Made by a program: the position numbers and the translations under genes
Notes under the pieces: model-generated
Told to the model about the DNA's origin: nothing
The model's database searches: none
The model's input: only the letters and a program-made list of their open reading frames with translations
Sequence record: OQ031074
Reading direction: 5' to 3' (one strand)
Length of the DNA: 39,004 nucleotides
DNA from: Shigella phage SFP21A
Part shown: positions 1 to 10,700 of the stretch, piece after piece
Layout: each line of letters starts with the position of its first letter
Position numbering within the stretch: the stretch's first letter is position 1

Positions 1-1050
1 ATGGCAAACGTTCCGGGTCAGAAAATTGGTGCAGACCAAGGTAAGGGCAAATCTAGTGCAGACCAGCTCGCACTGTTCCTTAAGGTCTTCGCTGGTGAAG
101 TCCTGACAGCTTTCACTCGCCGCTCTGTTACCGCTGACAAACATATTGTCCGCACCATTCAGAATGGTAAGTCCGCACAGTTCCCGGTAATGGGTCGCAC
201 CTCAGGTGTGTATCTTGCTCCCGGTGAGCGCCTGAGCGATAAGCGCAAGGGTATCAAACACACTGAGAAGGTTATCACCATTGATGGTCTGCTGACCGCT
301 GACGTGATGATTTTCGACATCGAAGACGCCATGAACCACTATGACGTGGCTGGCGAGTATTCCAACCAGCTCGGTGAGGCTCTGGCTATCGCTGCTGATG
401 GCGCGGTACTGGCTGAGATGGCGATTCTGTGTAACCTCCAGGCTGCATCCGACGAGAACATCGCTGGTCTGGGCAAGGCGTCCGTTCTGGAAGTTGGTAC
501 TAAAGCAGACCTGAACACTCCAGCCAAGCTTGGTGAAGCTATCATCGGTCAACTGACCATCGCACGTGCGAAGCTGACTGCCAACTACGTGCCTGCTGGC
601 GACCGCTACTTCTACACCACCCCTGACAACTACTCCGCGATTCTGGCGGCTCTGATGCCTAACGCTGCTAACTACGCTGCGCTGATTGACCCTGAGACGG
701 GCAACATCCGTAACGTAATGGGCTTCGTTGTGGTAGAAGTTCCTCACCTGACTCAGGGCGGTGCTGGTGAAACTCGTGGTGACGATGGTATCTCTATCGC
801 TTCCGGTCAGAAACACGCATTCCCGGCTACCGCCAGCTCTACCGTTAAGGTTGCTCTGGACAACGTTGTGGGCCTGTTCTCTCACCGTTCTGCTGTCGGT
901 ACTGTTAAGCTGCGCGACTTGGCGCTGGAACGTGACCGCGACGTCGATGCTCAGGGCGACCTGATTGTTGGTAAGTACGCTATGGGTCACGGCGGTCTGC
1001 GTCCAGAAGCGGCAGGCGCACTGGTTTTCAAGGCAGCGTCAGCGGGTTAA
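1..1050 (+). CDS. 10A: major capsid protein (T7 gp10A homolog)
   Basis: 349-aa ORF with T7-capsid blocks in the translation (KSAQFPV, HTEKVITIDGLLTADV, MPNAANYAALIDPE, HRSAVGTVKLRDLALER, KYAMGHGGLRPEAAG). Its RBS AGGAGA is at the window end (~38991-38996), so the start codon sits at the permutation point. Confidence 0.95.
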   Translation: MANVPGQKIGADQGKGKSSADQLALFLKVFAGEVLTAFTRRSVTADKHIVRTIQNGKSAQFPVMGRTSGVYLAPGERLSDKRKGIKHTEKVITIDGLLTADVMIFDIEDAMNHYDVAGEYSNQLGEALAIAADGAVLAEMAILCNLQAASDENIAGLGKASVLEVGTKADLNTPAKLGEAIIGQLTIARAKLTANYVPAGDRYFYTTPDNYSAILAALMPNAANYAALIDPETGNIRNVMGFVVVEVPHLTQGGAGETRGDDGISIASGQKHAFPATASSTVKVALDNVVGLFSHRSAVGTVKLRDLALERDRDVDAQGDLIVGKYAMGHGGLRPEAAGALVFKAASAG

Positions 1051-1313
1051 CGACCTTTAAGGCCCTCTCTACAGAGGGTCCTACCTTAGAGACATACAGT
1101 TCTACGGTGGGAACCAGCTTGAAGGTTGACTTCCCTGAGCTTTCAGACGTGACCGATTGGTCGCTGCTTGAGGTGACTACGCCTGATGGTGTTAGCTACT
1201 CCCGTAGAACCAACAGTCTCTACTTCAAGGCCACCTCTGGCGTGGAAGGTCTGGTGATTGTTGGGTATGACGGTTCGCCTGTGCGTTCCTTCAACGTATC
1301 TTTCACAAACTAA
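1023..1313 (+). CDS. 10B: putative -1 frameshift extension of capsid (10B-like minor capsid form)
   Basis: The -1 frame is open from 975 to the TAA at 1311-1313. A slip-prone G GUU UUC sits at 1023-1029 just before the 10A stop, at the position where T7 makes 10B. Track ORF 1107..1313 is in this frame. Confidence 0.45.
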   Translation, partial: GFQGSVSGLTTFKALSTEGPTLETYSSTVGTSLKVDFPELSDVTDWSLLEVTTPDGVSYSRRTNSLYFKATSGVEGLVIVGYDGSPVRSFNVSFTN

Positions 1314-1317
1314 TTGA

Positions 1318-1358
1318 AACCCCTTGGGTGCCTTCGGGTGCTTGAGGGGTTTTTTGCT
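1318..1358 (+). terminator. intrinsic terminator after capsid gene (T-phi-like)
   Basis: GC-rich hairpin CCCCTTGGGTGCC..GGTGCTTGAGGGG followed by TTTTTT (1351-1356). Same position and similar sequence to T7 T-phi as recalled. Confidence 0.75.
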
Positions 1359-1370
1359 TAAGGAGGGCCT

Positions 1371-1937
1371 ATGGCTCAATACATTCCGCTTAACGCTAAT
1401 GACGACTTGGATGCTGTTAACGATATGCTGGCTGCTATCGGTGAACCAGCAGTCCTACAGCTTGATGAAGGTAACGCAGACGTATCGAACGCTCAGCGCA
1501 TCCTACATCGAGTCAATCGTCAGGTCCAAGCTAAAGGCTGGAACTTTAACATCAATGAGGCCGCTGTCCTAACACCGGATGTCCAAGACCAAAGGATTCG
1601 ATTCCTCCCGTCTTACCTCCGGGTTATGACTGCTGGTGCTACCAGCTACTACAGTAACATGGGTGGCTATCTCTACGACCTCAGCACCCAGTCGACAACC
1701 TTCACTGGGCCGATTACAGTCGAGCTGGTGGAGATGAAACCATTCTCAGAGATGCCTGTGGTCTTCCGGGACTACATCGTTACCAAGGCAAGCCGTGAGT
1801 TCAACGCTAAGTTCTTCGGAAGCCCTGAGTCTGAAGCCTATCTGAGGGAGCAGGAAGCAGAACTGTACCAGCAGGTTATGGAGTACGAGATGGACACCGG
1901 GCGCTACAACATGATGTCTGACATCGGTCGAGACTAA
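1371..1937 (+). CDS. 11: tail tubular protein A (gp11)
   Basis: 188 aa; RBS AAGGAGG upstream; conserved blocks vs T7 gp11 (AVNDMLAAIGEP, GWNFNINE, IVTKASREFNAKFFGSPE, MEYEMD); position after capsid. Confidence 0.9.
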   Translation: MAQYIPLNANDDLDAVNDMLAAIGEPAVLQLDEGNADVSNAQRILHRVNRQVQAKGWNFNINEAAVLTPDVQDQRIRFLPSYLRVMTAGATSYYSNMGGYLYDLSTQSTTFTGPITVELVEMKPFSEMPVVFRDYIVTKASREFNAKFFGSPESEAYLREQEAELYQQVMEYEMDTGRYNMMSDIGRD

Positions 1938-1948
1938 TAGGAGGTGAT

Positions 1949-4318
1949 ATGCCACTTTACACGCAATCAATCAAGAACCTGAAGGGTGGCATTAGCCAAC
2001 AGCCGGACATCCTGAGGTTCTCTGACCAAGGTGAACAGCAGATTAACGGCTGGTCATCCGAGAGTGATGGGCTTCAGAAGCGACCACCGACCGTCTGGAA
2101 GAAAAGACTTTCAGCCGTGAACTGGGTCATCCCGAACAATGCTAAGTTCCACCTGATTAACAGGGACGAGAACGAGCAGTATTACATCGTCTTCACAGGA
2201 AAGGAAATCATGGTCTTTGACCTTGAGGGGAACCAGTACGCTGTTTCAGGTGTAACGGACTACGTGAACACTTCCAAGCCACGTGACGACATCCGGGTCA
2301 TTACGGTAGCTGACTACACGTTCGTAGTGAATCGCCGAACTGTGGTGGCTCAGGGGACAACTAAGGCAAACCCTACTTACAACATGAAGAACCGCGCTTT
2401 GATTAACCTTCGTGGTGGTCAGTACGGTAGATTGCTGAAGGTAGGAATCAATGGTGGGACAAAGGTTGAGCACCAGCTTCCTCCGGGAGATAACGCCAAA
2501 GATGACCCACCTAAAGTCGACGCTCAGGCTATCGGCAAGGCGTTAGTGGACCTGCTTGTCGTGGCCTATCCGAACTACACGTTCACCCTCGGGTCTGGCT
2601 ACATCGAGATTAAAGCACCAGCAGGGACCACCATCAACTCGGTGGAGACTGAGGATGGTTACGCCAACCAGCTCATCAATGCGGTACTTGATACTGTGCA
2701 GACTATCAGTAAGCTACCTCTGGCAGCACCTGAAGGCTACATCATCCGTATTCAAGGTGAGACCAACAGCTCAGCCGATGAGTATTTCGTGAAGTATGAC
2801 TCCGCGAAGAAGACTTGGCGTGAGACTGTGGAGCCGGGGACCATAACAGGCTTTGACGCTTCCACCATGCCACACGCTCTGGTCAGACAGGCAGATGGTA
2901 ACTTTAGGTTCCAGACCCTAGACTGGACTGAGCGTGGTGCTGGTAACGATGAGACCAACCCGATGCCTAGCTTCGTGAACTCTACGATTAACGATGTGTT
3001 CTTCTATCGTAACCGCTTAGGGTTCCTCTCCGGCGAGAACGTCATTATGTCCCGGTCTGCTGGATACTTTGCGTTCTTCCCTAAGAGCGTGGCTACCATC
3101 AGTGATGATGACCCGATTGACGTGGCTGTGAGTCACCCTCGAATCTCCATCCTGAAGTATGCTGTACCGTTCGCAGAACAGCTACTACTGTGGTCTGATG
3201 AGGTCCAGTTCGTGATGACCAGCTCTGGGGTCCTGACCGCCAAGTCCATTCAGCTTGACGTAGGCTCTGAGTTCGCTGTTAGTGATAATGCGCGACCGTT
3301 CGCAATTGGACGTTCAGTCTTCTTCGCTGCCCCTCGTGGCTCGTTCACCAGCATTAACCGTTACTTTGCGGTGGCTGACGTTACGGACGTGAAGGACGCA
3401 GACGATACGACCGGGCATGTACTGTCTTACATTCCTAATGGAGTATTCGACATCCAAGGGTCCTCTACCGAGAACTTCATCACCGTGTCGACTGAAGGCG
3501 CTCCGAACAAGCTGTTCATCTACAAGTTCCTCTTCAAGGATGGCGTACAGCTTCAAGCCTCGTGGTCACACTGGGAGCTGGAGCAGGGCGAGCAGATTAT
3601 GGCATCAGCCTGTATCGGGTCCGCTATGTACATCGTGCGTAAGCATGGCTATGGCGTGGACTTGGAGAAGCTGGAGTTCATCAAGGAGACTGTGGACATC
3701 GCTGGCGAACCCTACCGCCTGCATCTTGATGGCAAAACCACTATGGTCATTCCGACTAACGCGTTTAACCCTAACACATACACCTCGTCATTCGACGTTG
3801 GCGCTGCTTATGGTGGAGTTTTCCCACCAGCAGGGAAGTACGTAATGGTAGACTCCAGTGGGCGATTCGTCCAACTGCCGGATACCGTATGGTCCAGCAC
3901 TCGGTGGGTGACTGTGAAGGGGGACTGGTCAGGCAAGACAGTGTTCCTTGGTCGCGTCTATAAGTTCACCTACGCCTTCTCTCGGTTCCTCATTAAGTAT
4001 GAAGACCAGAACGGGACGGTGACGGAAGACTCCGGTCGACTACAGCTTCGCCGCGCTTGGGTGAACTATCAGCGAACTGGTGCTCTGGTGATGCGAGTTG
4101 TCAACCAGCACCGTGAGTTCCTGAACACTCTGAATGGCTACAAGCTGGGTCTACAGGACATCGGTCAGGTTAACATTGGTGACGGTCAGTTCAGGTTCCC
4201 AATGAACGGAGATGCTCTGCACACTCGGTTAATCCTTGAGTCAGACTATCCGACCCAAGTGTCCATCGTTGGTTGCGGCTGGGAGGCTTCATATGCCCGT
4301 AAAGCCAAAGCTATCTAA
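1949..4318 (+). CDS. 12: tail tubular protein B (gp12)
   Basis: 789 aa (T7 gp12 ~794 aa); RBS GGAGGTGA upstream; synteny between gp11 and the core proteins. Confidence 0.9.
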   Translation: MPLYTQSIKNLKGGISQQPDILRFSDQGEQQINGWSSESDGLQKRPPTVWKKRLSAVNWVIPNNAKFHLINRDENEQYYIVFTGKEIMVFDLEGNQYAVSGVTDYVNTSKPRDDIRVITVADYTFVVNRRTVVAQGTTKANPTYNMKNRALINLRGGQYGRLLKVGINGGTKVEHQLPPGDNAKDDPPKVDAQAIGKALVDLLVVAYPNYTFTLGSGYIEIKAPAGTTINSVETEDGYANQLINAVLDTVQTISKLPLAAPEGYIIRIQGETNSSADEYFVKYDSAKKTWRETVEPGTITGFDASTMPHALVRQADGNFRFQTLDWTERGAGNDETNPMPSFVNSTINDVFFYRNRLGFLSGENVIMSRSAGYFAFFPKSVATISDDDPIDVAVSHPRISILKYAVPFAEQLLLWSDEVQFVMTSSGVLTAKSIQLDVGSEFAVSDNARPFAIGRSVFFAAPRGSFTSINRYFAVADVTDVKDADDTTGHVLSYIPNGVFDIQGSSTENFITVSTEGAPNKLFIYKFLFKDGVQLQASWSHWELEQGEQIMASACIGSAMYIVRKHGYGVDLEKLEFIKETVDIAGEPYRLHLDGKTTMVIPTNAFNPNTYTSSFDVGAAYGGVFPPAGKYVMVDSSGRFVQLPDTVWSSTRWVTVKGDWSGKTVFLGRVYKFTYAFSRFLIKYEDQNGTVTEDSGRLQLRRAWVNYQRTGALVMRVVNQHREFLNTLNGYKLGLQDIGQVNIGDGQFRFPMNGDALHTRLILESDYPTQVSIVGCGWEASYARKAKAI

Positions 4319-4342
4319 CTAATTGAATGGCCTATAGTTTCA

Positions 4343-4365
4343 ACTTAACTATCACTATAGGGACT
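4343..4365 (+). promoter_or_regulatory. phage RNAP promoter (ACTTAACTATCACTATAGGGACT), +1 about 4360
   Basis: Match to the window's own 12-copy promoter consensus; shares TCACTATAGGGA with T7 class III promoters. Confidence 0.8.
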
Positions 4366-4393
4366 ATAGGCCCTTTAAGTTATAGGAGACTTT

Positions 4394-4864
4394 ATGTATA
4401 TTCGTAAGGCTACTGAACCAGATGTTCACTACCTATTGGGACATCTCTCACAGGATGACGTTAATGAGTGCATAGCAAACTTCGGGTCGACCAAGGGTCT
4501 GACCGACAGAATGCTCAGTCACCTCACTACGTCATCTGTGGTTTTGACGAATGGCGTAGGCGAAGTGTTTGCCTATGGAGGGAACCAAGGAGATAACGTG
4601 TGGTTCCTGACTTCAAGTCTTGTCGAAAGGTTACGTCCTAAAGACAAGCGTGAGTTCATTCAGCGCATCTCTGAGTACAGGGACTTAATGTTAGACCAAT
4701 ACGGGACCATCTGGAACTACGTGTGGTCAGGCAACAAGTCTCACATTAAATTCTTGCGGTTGCTGGGAGCTAAGTTTCACCCTGAGGTGACTATTAGTCC
4801 GGTAACAGGTGAGCGTTTTCAACTATTCACAATCTCTAAGGAGGACGTATGTGTGAACCCGTAA
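4394..4864 (+). CDS. 13: internal virion protein A (gp13-like)
   Basis: 156-aa ORF with RBS TAGGAGA; position between gp12 and gp14; downstream of a phage promoter. Confidence 0.7.
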   Translation: MYIRKATEPDVHYLLGHLSQDDVNECIANFGSTKGLTDRMLSHLTTSSVVLTNGVGEVFAYGGNQGDNVWFLTSSLVERLRPKDKREFIQRISEYRDLMLDQYGTIWNYVWSGNKSHIKFLRLLGAKFHPEVTISPVTGERFQLFTISKEDVCVNP

Positions 4865-5436
4865 GTATCGGAATGGGTATACTGGCTGTAGCCGGGGCCA
4901 CTATGTCCGCATCTCAACAGGCCAAGGCTGAGGGTGCTGCCATCGACGCTCAGAACAGACAGGCTCAGGAGATGATTAAGCAGATGAACTACTCTGACGC
5001 CAACCTGACGATGCAGGAGCGAGACCTTAAAGAGCAACAGGTCGCTGAGCTGACAGAGACAACCCTGAACGGTATTCGCAATCAGGGCATGGTCCGTGCA
5101 GCAGTGGCTGAGTCCGGTCTTGAAGGAAACTCCATGAAACGCATTGAGCGCTCAGTGGAAGGAGACACTGTGAAAGAACGTGCTGGCATCACCGAAAGTT
5201 ACAACCGAGACTATGCGGCTATCTTCGGGAACCGTATTGCCAACATCGAGAACACCAAGTCTGCCATCAAGGGTCAGGCCAAAATCATCAAGACCAGCCC
5301 TCTGGCTCACGCACTTAACGTCACCTCTGCTGGTATGCAGGGTTACGCTATGGGTAGCTCTATCTCTGGCGCTAAGCCGTCTGGCGGTGCTGCTCCAATT
5401 AGTGCTGCTAAAGGCACACCTACAGGTCATAGCTAA
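4849..5436 (+). CDS. 14: internal virion protein B (gp14)
   Basis: 195 aa, starts MC.. like T7 gp14; RBS AAGGAGGA; conserved MKRIERSVEG / RDYAAIF region; length matches T7 (196 aa). Confidence 0.85.
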   Translation: MCEPVSIGMGILAVAGATMSASQQAKAEGAAIDAQNRQAQEMIKQMNYSDANLTMQERDLKEQQVAELTETTLNGIRNQGMVRAAVAESGLEGNSMKRIERSVEGDTVKERAGITESYNRDYAAIFGNRIANIENTKSAIKGQAKIIKTSPLAHALNVTSAGMQGYAMGSSISGAKPSGGAAPISAAKGTPTGHS

Positions 5437-5447
5437 CAGGAGGACCA

Positions 5448-7730
5448 ATGGCTAGTAATATCGAATCAGCTTTAGCTAACCGGACTATGGGCCGTGGTCG
5501 CGCTCCGGGCAAAGCTATCAGTGTGGACTATCAGGCGGCGAACGTTCAGGGGCAGACTGGGGACTCCGGTCTTGCCCGTGCGTTCACTAACTTCGTGGAG
5601 TCCGGCACTGGTCTGTACAAGCAGTTCCAAGAGAAGGCCAAGAACCTCGGGGATGAGCGGTCTAACGAGATTATACGTAAGCTGACTCCCCAGCAAAGGC
5701 GTGAGGCTATCCAGAATGGAACCCTGCTGTATCAGGACGACCCGTATGCAATGGAGGCACTGAAAGTCAAGACTGGTCGAAACGCTGCCTATGCGGTAGA
5801 CGATGAGATTAACGTCAAGATTCAGAACGGTGAGTTCCGCACCCGTCAGGAAATGGAGGAGTACCGCCACCAGCGACTTCAGGATGCCGCTAAGTCTTAT
5901 GCTGACGAGGCTGGTATTAACCCCAATGATGAGCACTTCCAGCGTGGATTTAACGCAGACATCACGGACCGAAACATAGCAATCTATGGGTCGTTCAATA
6001 AGTATTTCTCTAAGCAGTCAGAGAATACTGCTATGCTGAACACCCGTGTAGAGCTGAACTCGTTCCTGAATGATGGGGACCTGATGCGTTCACCTGAGGC
6101 AGGCAAGTCTTTCATGGCGTATCTTCGCGATGGGCTGACCACTGCTGCCATTCCGTCTGACCGAAGGGCGACTGAAGTAATCACACAGACGGTACGGGAT
6201 GCAATCCAGAAGTCCGGTGGCGCTAACTTCCTCCAGCAGATTCGACAGGAACGTATCACCCTTAACGGGGTGGACGCCACGATTGAGGAGATTGTTGGGC
6301 CTGAGGTCTTCAACGCTGCTGTGGTCGAGGCGCAAGGAACCGAGTATAAGCTGGTAGCGAAGTATCAGGAAGACTTGTCTCTGGGAGTTCAGTCTGCACT
6401 ACTTCAGGATGACCCGACCATTGGTCTGGCTCAAATCCAGAAACTCAAGGCTCAGAACAACCAGCTTCAGCCGGGTGAGGAAATGACACCACAACGTCAG
6501 ATGCTCATCAATGCCGAGGCCAGCCTCTTAGAGTCCGTGAAGCGCAAGTCCGCTGAGCAGGCTAAGGAGAACACTAAGCTCATCCAGACTCAGAATAAGC
6601 AGTTGGTCATCGACCAAGTGTATCAGAGACGACTGGCTGGCGAAAACGTGTCCACCAACTATGAGGACCTCCCGGTATCCGAGGCCACTGGTGAGTTCAA
6701 GCGTTCGGACATGAACAACTACGCCATGGGTAAACTCCAGCAGATTGACCAGATGGATATACCTCAGGCTGCTAAGGATGCTCAGAAGGTTGCGCTGCTA
6801 CGAGCTGATACCAACAATGGCCCGTTCCGTAACGCCTTCCAGACGCTGACTCAGGATGCTGCTGGTGAGTGGCAAGCTGCGGTCATCCGTGGTCAATACG
6901 ACCCAGACAAGATGCAGCGCTTCGAGTCCCTGCGTAAGGTCTACACTCAGGACCCTTCCAGTTTCGCGGCTCTATACCCTGAGCAGGCCCAATTGTTCAC
7001 GACTTTCGAGCAGATGGATAAGATGGGTCTGGACCCTCAGACTATGATTGACGCTGACAAACAGGCTGCAAGTCAGTCCCGTGAGATGCGCATTGAGTCT
7101 GACAAGGCGTGGCAGGAGCTGAAGAATGACTCGAAGAACAAGGACCTCTCGCGTCTACCGACAAGTCTGGACGCAAGTGCTCGTAAGGTATGGGACTCAT
7201 GGTATTACCGCACAGGTAACGCCGATGCAGCTACCCAGAACACTCAGAAGTGGCTGAACGAGAACACCGTGACTTTCAATGATGATGGTCAGGACGGTAA
7301 GTCCATCGGCATGGTGTCCAAGCATCAACTTATGGTCGGGGATAACCCTGAGTCGTGGCAGGTTGGTCGAGACATTATTGACACAGCTCGCAAGCAACTC
7401 ATCAAAACTAACCCTTGGGTCGTGAACTCTCAGCTCTCTGTAGTTGAGCAGAACGGCTCGGTCTTCCTGCAAGACGCCACTGGGACCATTCGTATTCGCT
7501 ACGATAAGGAACTGGTAGGCAAACTGTACCGTGAACAGCAGAAACAAGCCGAGGATAAAGCCTACGCTGAAGCTGAACGTAAAGCCAACACCCGCGCTCG
7601 CATTGTCGAGACTAAAGCGGCTGGTGATAAACGTCGAGCGGAGCGTGAAGGTAACATCCAGAAACGCGGCGGTATGTACAGTGATGTCTCGCTGGAGGGT
7701 ATCGCAAACACCTTAATCGGTAAGGAGTAA
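5448..7730 (+). CDS. 15: internal virion protein C (gp15)
   Basis: 760 aa (T7 ~747 aa); RBS AGGAGGA; synteny. Confidence 0.85.
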   Translation: MASNIESALANRTMGRGRAPGKAISVDYQAANVQGQTGDSGLARAFTNFVESGTGLYKQFQEKAKNLGDERSNEIIRKLTPQQRREAIQNGTLLYQDDPYAMEALKVKTGRNAAYAVDDEINVKIQNGEFRTRQEMEEYRHQRLQDAAKSYADEAGINPNDEHFQRGFNADITDRNIAIYGSFNKYFSKQSENTAMLNTRVELNSFLNDGDLMRSPEAGKSFMAYLRDGLTTAAIPSDRRATEVITQTVRDAIQKSGGANFLQQIRQERITLNGVDATIEEIVGPEVFNAAVVEAQGTEYKLVAKYQEDLSLGVQSALLQDDPTIGLAQIQKLKAQNNQLQPGEEMTPQRQMLINAEASLLESVKRKSAEQAKENTKLIQTQNKQLVIDQVYQRRLAGENVSTNYEDLPVSEATGEFKRSDMNNYAMGKLQQIDQMDIPQAAKDAQKVALLRADTNNGPFRNAFQTLTQDAAGEWQAAVIRGQYDPDKMQRFESLRKVYTQDPSSFAALYPEQAQLFTTFEQMDKMGLDPQTMIDADKQAASQSREMRIESDKAWQELKNDSKNKDLSRLPTSLDASARKVWDSWYYRTGNADAATQNTQKWLNENTVTFNDDGQDGKSIGMVSKHQLMVGDNPESWQVGRDIIDTARKQLIKTNPWVVNSQLSVVEQNGSVFLQDATGTIRIRYDKELVGKLYREQQKQAEDKAYAEAERKANTRARIVETKAAGDKRRAEREGNIQKRGGMYSDVSLEGIANTLIGKE

Positions 7731-7735
7731 TAACA

Positions 7736-10700
7736 ATGGCGACTCGTGGTATTCGCAACAATAACATCGGGAACATTCGTGTTTCCAAAGACCAGTGGGA
7801 AGGAGCCACAGGAGACGATGGGTCTTTCGTAACGTTCGACACTCCTGACTCTGGCGTCCGCGCTCTGGCGAAGAACCTGATGTCCTACGGTCGCCAAGGC
7901 TACGACTCAATCGAGAAGATTATCAACCGATGGGCACCGCCTAGCGAGAACGACACTCAGTCCTACATCAACTCTGTTGTGGCGGCTACTGGTATCCCAG
8001 CCACCCAAAGTCTAGACCTGACGAACCCTGATGTCCTCGCCTCTCTGTCTGAGGCTATCGGCTACCACGAGACTGGTTCCCGGTATGACCCTGAGGTCTA
8101 CAAGCTCGGAGTCTCTCGCGCCTTAAGTGGTGCGGGAGGCATCACCCCAAAGACCCCACCAGTAAGCGCTAACGTCTTCGACGCTCTCACGGAGGGCTTG
8201 AAGGCTAAACCTAAAGTCGCTCTTGGAGAGAACCTTCCGGGCGTTACTGGCATGAACATCGAAGGTCAGGAACCTGAGGCTCCCAATGAGTCTTTCGGAG
8301 AGATGTTCTATAAGTCAACTGGAGAGACGCTGGACCAAAGAGCGGACCGCTCTACATGGTTCGGCTTCGGTGGGGCTGCTGAGGCTGAAGTGAAGAACTC
8401 TCTGGTTGGCGTGGCTGTCCGCGCTGGTCAGACCGAGGACTCGCTGGATGTCATTGGCGACGTGTTTAACCCTACCCGCTGGAACAACCACAAGTGGTCC
8501 CGCGAGGAGTTAGACCAGATTCGTAACGCTGGGGTGCTTCCTCAGTATTACGGAGTCATCACTGGTGGTTCGCCTCAGAATCTGACTGAGCTGATTAACT
8601 TGGCGCTGGAGAACCAGAAGTTAGACGCTGAGAAGGCTAAGGCCGGGACTGGCGCTCAACTGGCGGCTGGTGTGATTGGCGCTGGAGTGGACCCACTGAC
8701 CTATGTTCCTATTGCCGGACAGGTAGGTAAAGGCGGTAAGCTGGTTAACAAGATGTTCACCGTGGCTGCTCAGTCTGGTGCGTTGGCTGGCGCGTCTGAG
8801 ATTGCTCGTACCTCTGTTGCTGGTGGCGATGCTCACGTGGCTGAGGCAATTATGGGCGGTGCTCTCTTCGGTGGTGGCATGACTGCTATCGGTGACGCTC
8901 TTGGCAAGGCTCTTGGAAAGTCTACCAATGAGTTCGCTGGTCCAGCTACACGTCTTGAGGCACGTGAGACTGCTCGTAACGTTGACGGTCAGGACCTGTC
9001 GCGTCTACCAATCCGTGAAGGAGAGGAGACCTTCAGTCACCAAGGCGTTAAGTTTGCTGACGTTCCTAACGAGCCGGGAAGTGTGCGACTGGAAGATGGT
9101 TCAATCCTGATTGGCGAGAACCCACTGAACCCTAAGACACGCCAAGTCTTCGACGAGGTGATTGAGCCTGAGCGTGCTGCTGCTGGTGTAAACCTTGGTG
9201 GACTTACCGAGATTGGCTTGAAACTCTTGAGGTCTGAGAACCCTGAGATTCGCGGACTTGCCGCTGACTTGGTGCGTTCCCCTACAGGTATGCAGTCGGG
9301 TGCTAGCGGGAAGATTGGAACTACAGCGTCAGACGTATTCGAGCGACTTCGTGCAGTGGACCATCGGTTCTACAACGACATCGACGATGCGGTGACTGAA
9401 GCCCTGAAGGACCCGTACTTCCAGACCAACTTCAACCGGGACACAGGGGCTTTCCGTCAGGACATCTACCAGCGTGTAGCTCTGGCTATCGAGGACGGAA
9501 GTGGAAACCTGAAGTCTGAGCTTACTCCGGGCGAACTGAAGGTCTACGACCTGCTGAAGAACCAGTTCGACGCCAAGCGTGAGATGATGGAGAACCCCGC
9601 GATGTTCGGTCGGGTGGACGCTAAGTCTATCTTCCCCGGCAGCCGATTCAAGGGAACATACGTACCTCACGTCTACAGCAACCAGATGAAGGAGTTGTAC
9701 ATCAAGGAGCTTGGAAGTCCTGAGGCGCTGCAAGAAGCAATCAAGAAGTCGTGGCTCACGAGCTATGCGTCAAGACCTGAGGTCAAAGCGCGGGTGGATG
9801 AGGCACTGATGGAAGCTGACCCTAACCTGACCCCAGAAGGACTTGCGGCTGCGGTCGATAAATATGCCAACGATAAGGCTTACGGTATCTCTCACACCGA
9901 CCTATTCGAGCGCTCGTCTGTCATGGAAGAGAACATCAACGGTCTGGTGGGTCTGGAGAACAACAACTTCCTTGAGGCCCGTAACCTGTTCGATAGCGAT
10001 ATGTCTATCATCCTGCCAAACGGTCAACCGTTCAGTGTGAACAGCCTCCGTGAGTGGGACATGGATAAGATTGTCCCGGCGTACAACCGTCGAGTCAATG
10101 GGGACATTGCTATCATGGCTGGGACCGGGAAGACCACGAAGGAGATGAAGGACGCAGTAGAGACCCTGATGAACCGTGCGGGTGATGACGGTAAACTGAA
10201 GGGTGAAGTCTCAACACTGCGTGACACCCTGAAGATTCTGACTGGTCGTGCTCGACGTGATGGTGCAGACGATGCTGCCTTTGCTACAGTGATGCGCACA
10301 ATGACAGACCTGTCCTTCTTCGCTAAGAATGCCTACATGGGTGTTCAGAATTTAACGGAGATTGGTGGTATGCTGGCTCGTGGTAACGTTCGTGCATTGC
10401 TACATGGAGTACCTATGTTCCGTGACCTAGCCTTCCGTAACAAGAAGGTAGGGGCCTCAGAGATTAAGGACCTGCACAATGTTATCTTCGGTAAGGAACT
10501 GGACGACTCAATCCGTCCGTCCAAACAGGATGTCATTGACCGCCTGAGGGCTTATAGCGCCCTAAGCAAACCTTCTGCCATCGCCTTGGGTTCTGCCAAG
10601 TATTACACAGGGGAACTTGCGGTCCGCTCTCCGTTTACGAAGGTCCTGAACGGCACGACGAACTACCTGCTGGATGCTGGACGTCAAGGCTTCCTGTCTG

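Noticed and set aside
202-990. Minus-strand ORFs throughout the track (e.g. 202..990, 5472..5936, 27821..28276, 31113..31772, 34048..34500)
   Set aside because: Each lies entirely inside a strongly supported + strand gene. T7-like genomes are transcribed from one strand, and these ORFs lack RBSs and recognisable motifs. They are treated as antisense shadow ORFs.
3417-3845. Alternative-frame + strand ORFs inside large genes (3417..3845, 5180..5455, 9843..10040, 12613..12822, 35697..36038)
   Set aside because: They are embedded in well-supported genes with Ser/Arg/Thr-rich translations typical of off-frame reading, and there are no translation signals. Only the Rz1-like ORF and the gene 4 3' overlap were kept as possibilities.
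4331-4370. Inverted repeat GGCCTATAG .. CTATAGGCC bracketing the promoter at 4343
   Set aside because: The right arm is simply the promoter core plus initiating Gs and the left arm is a 9-mer. This is probably a chance consequence of the TATAGG core, and no hairpin forms in the transcript.
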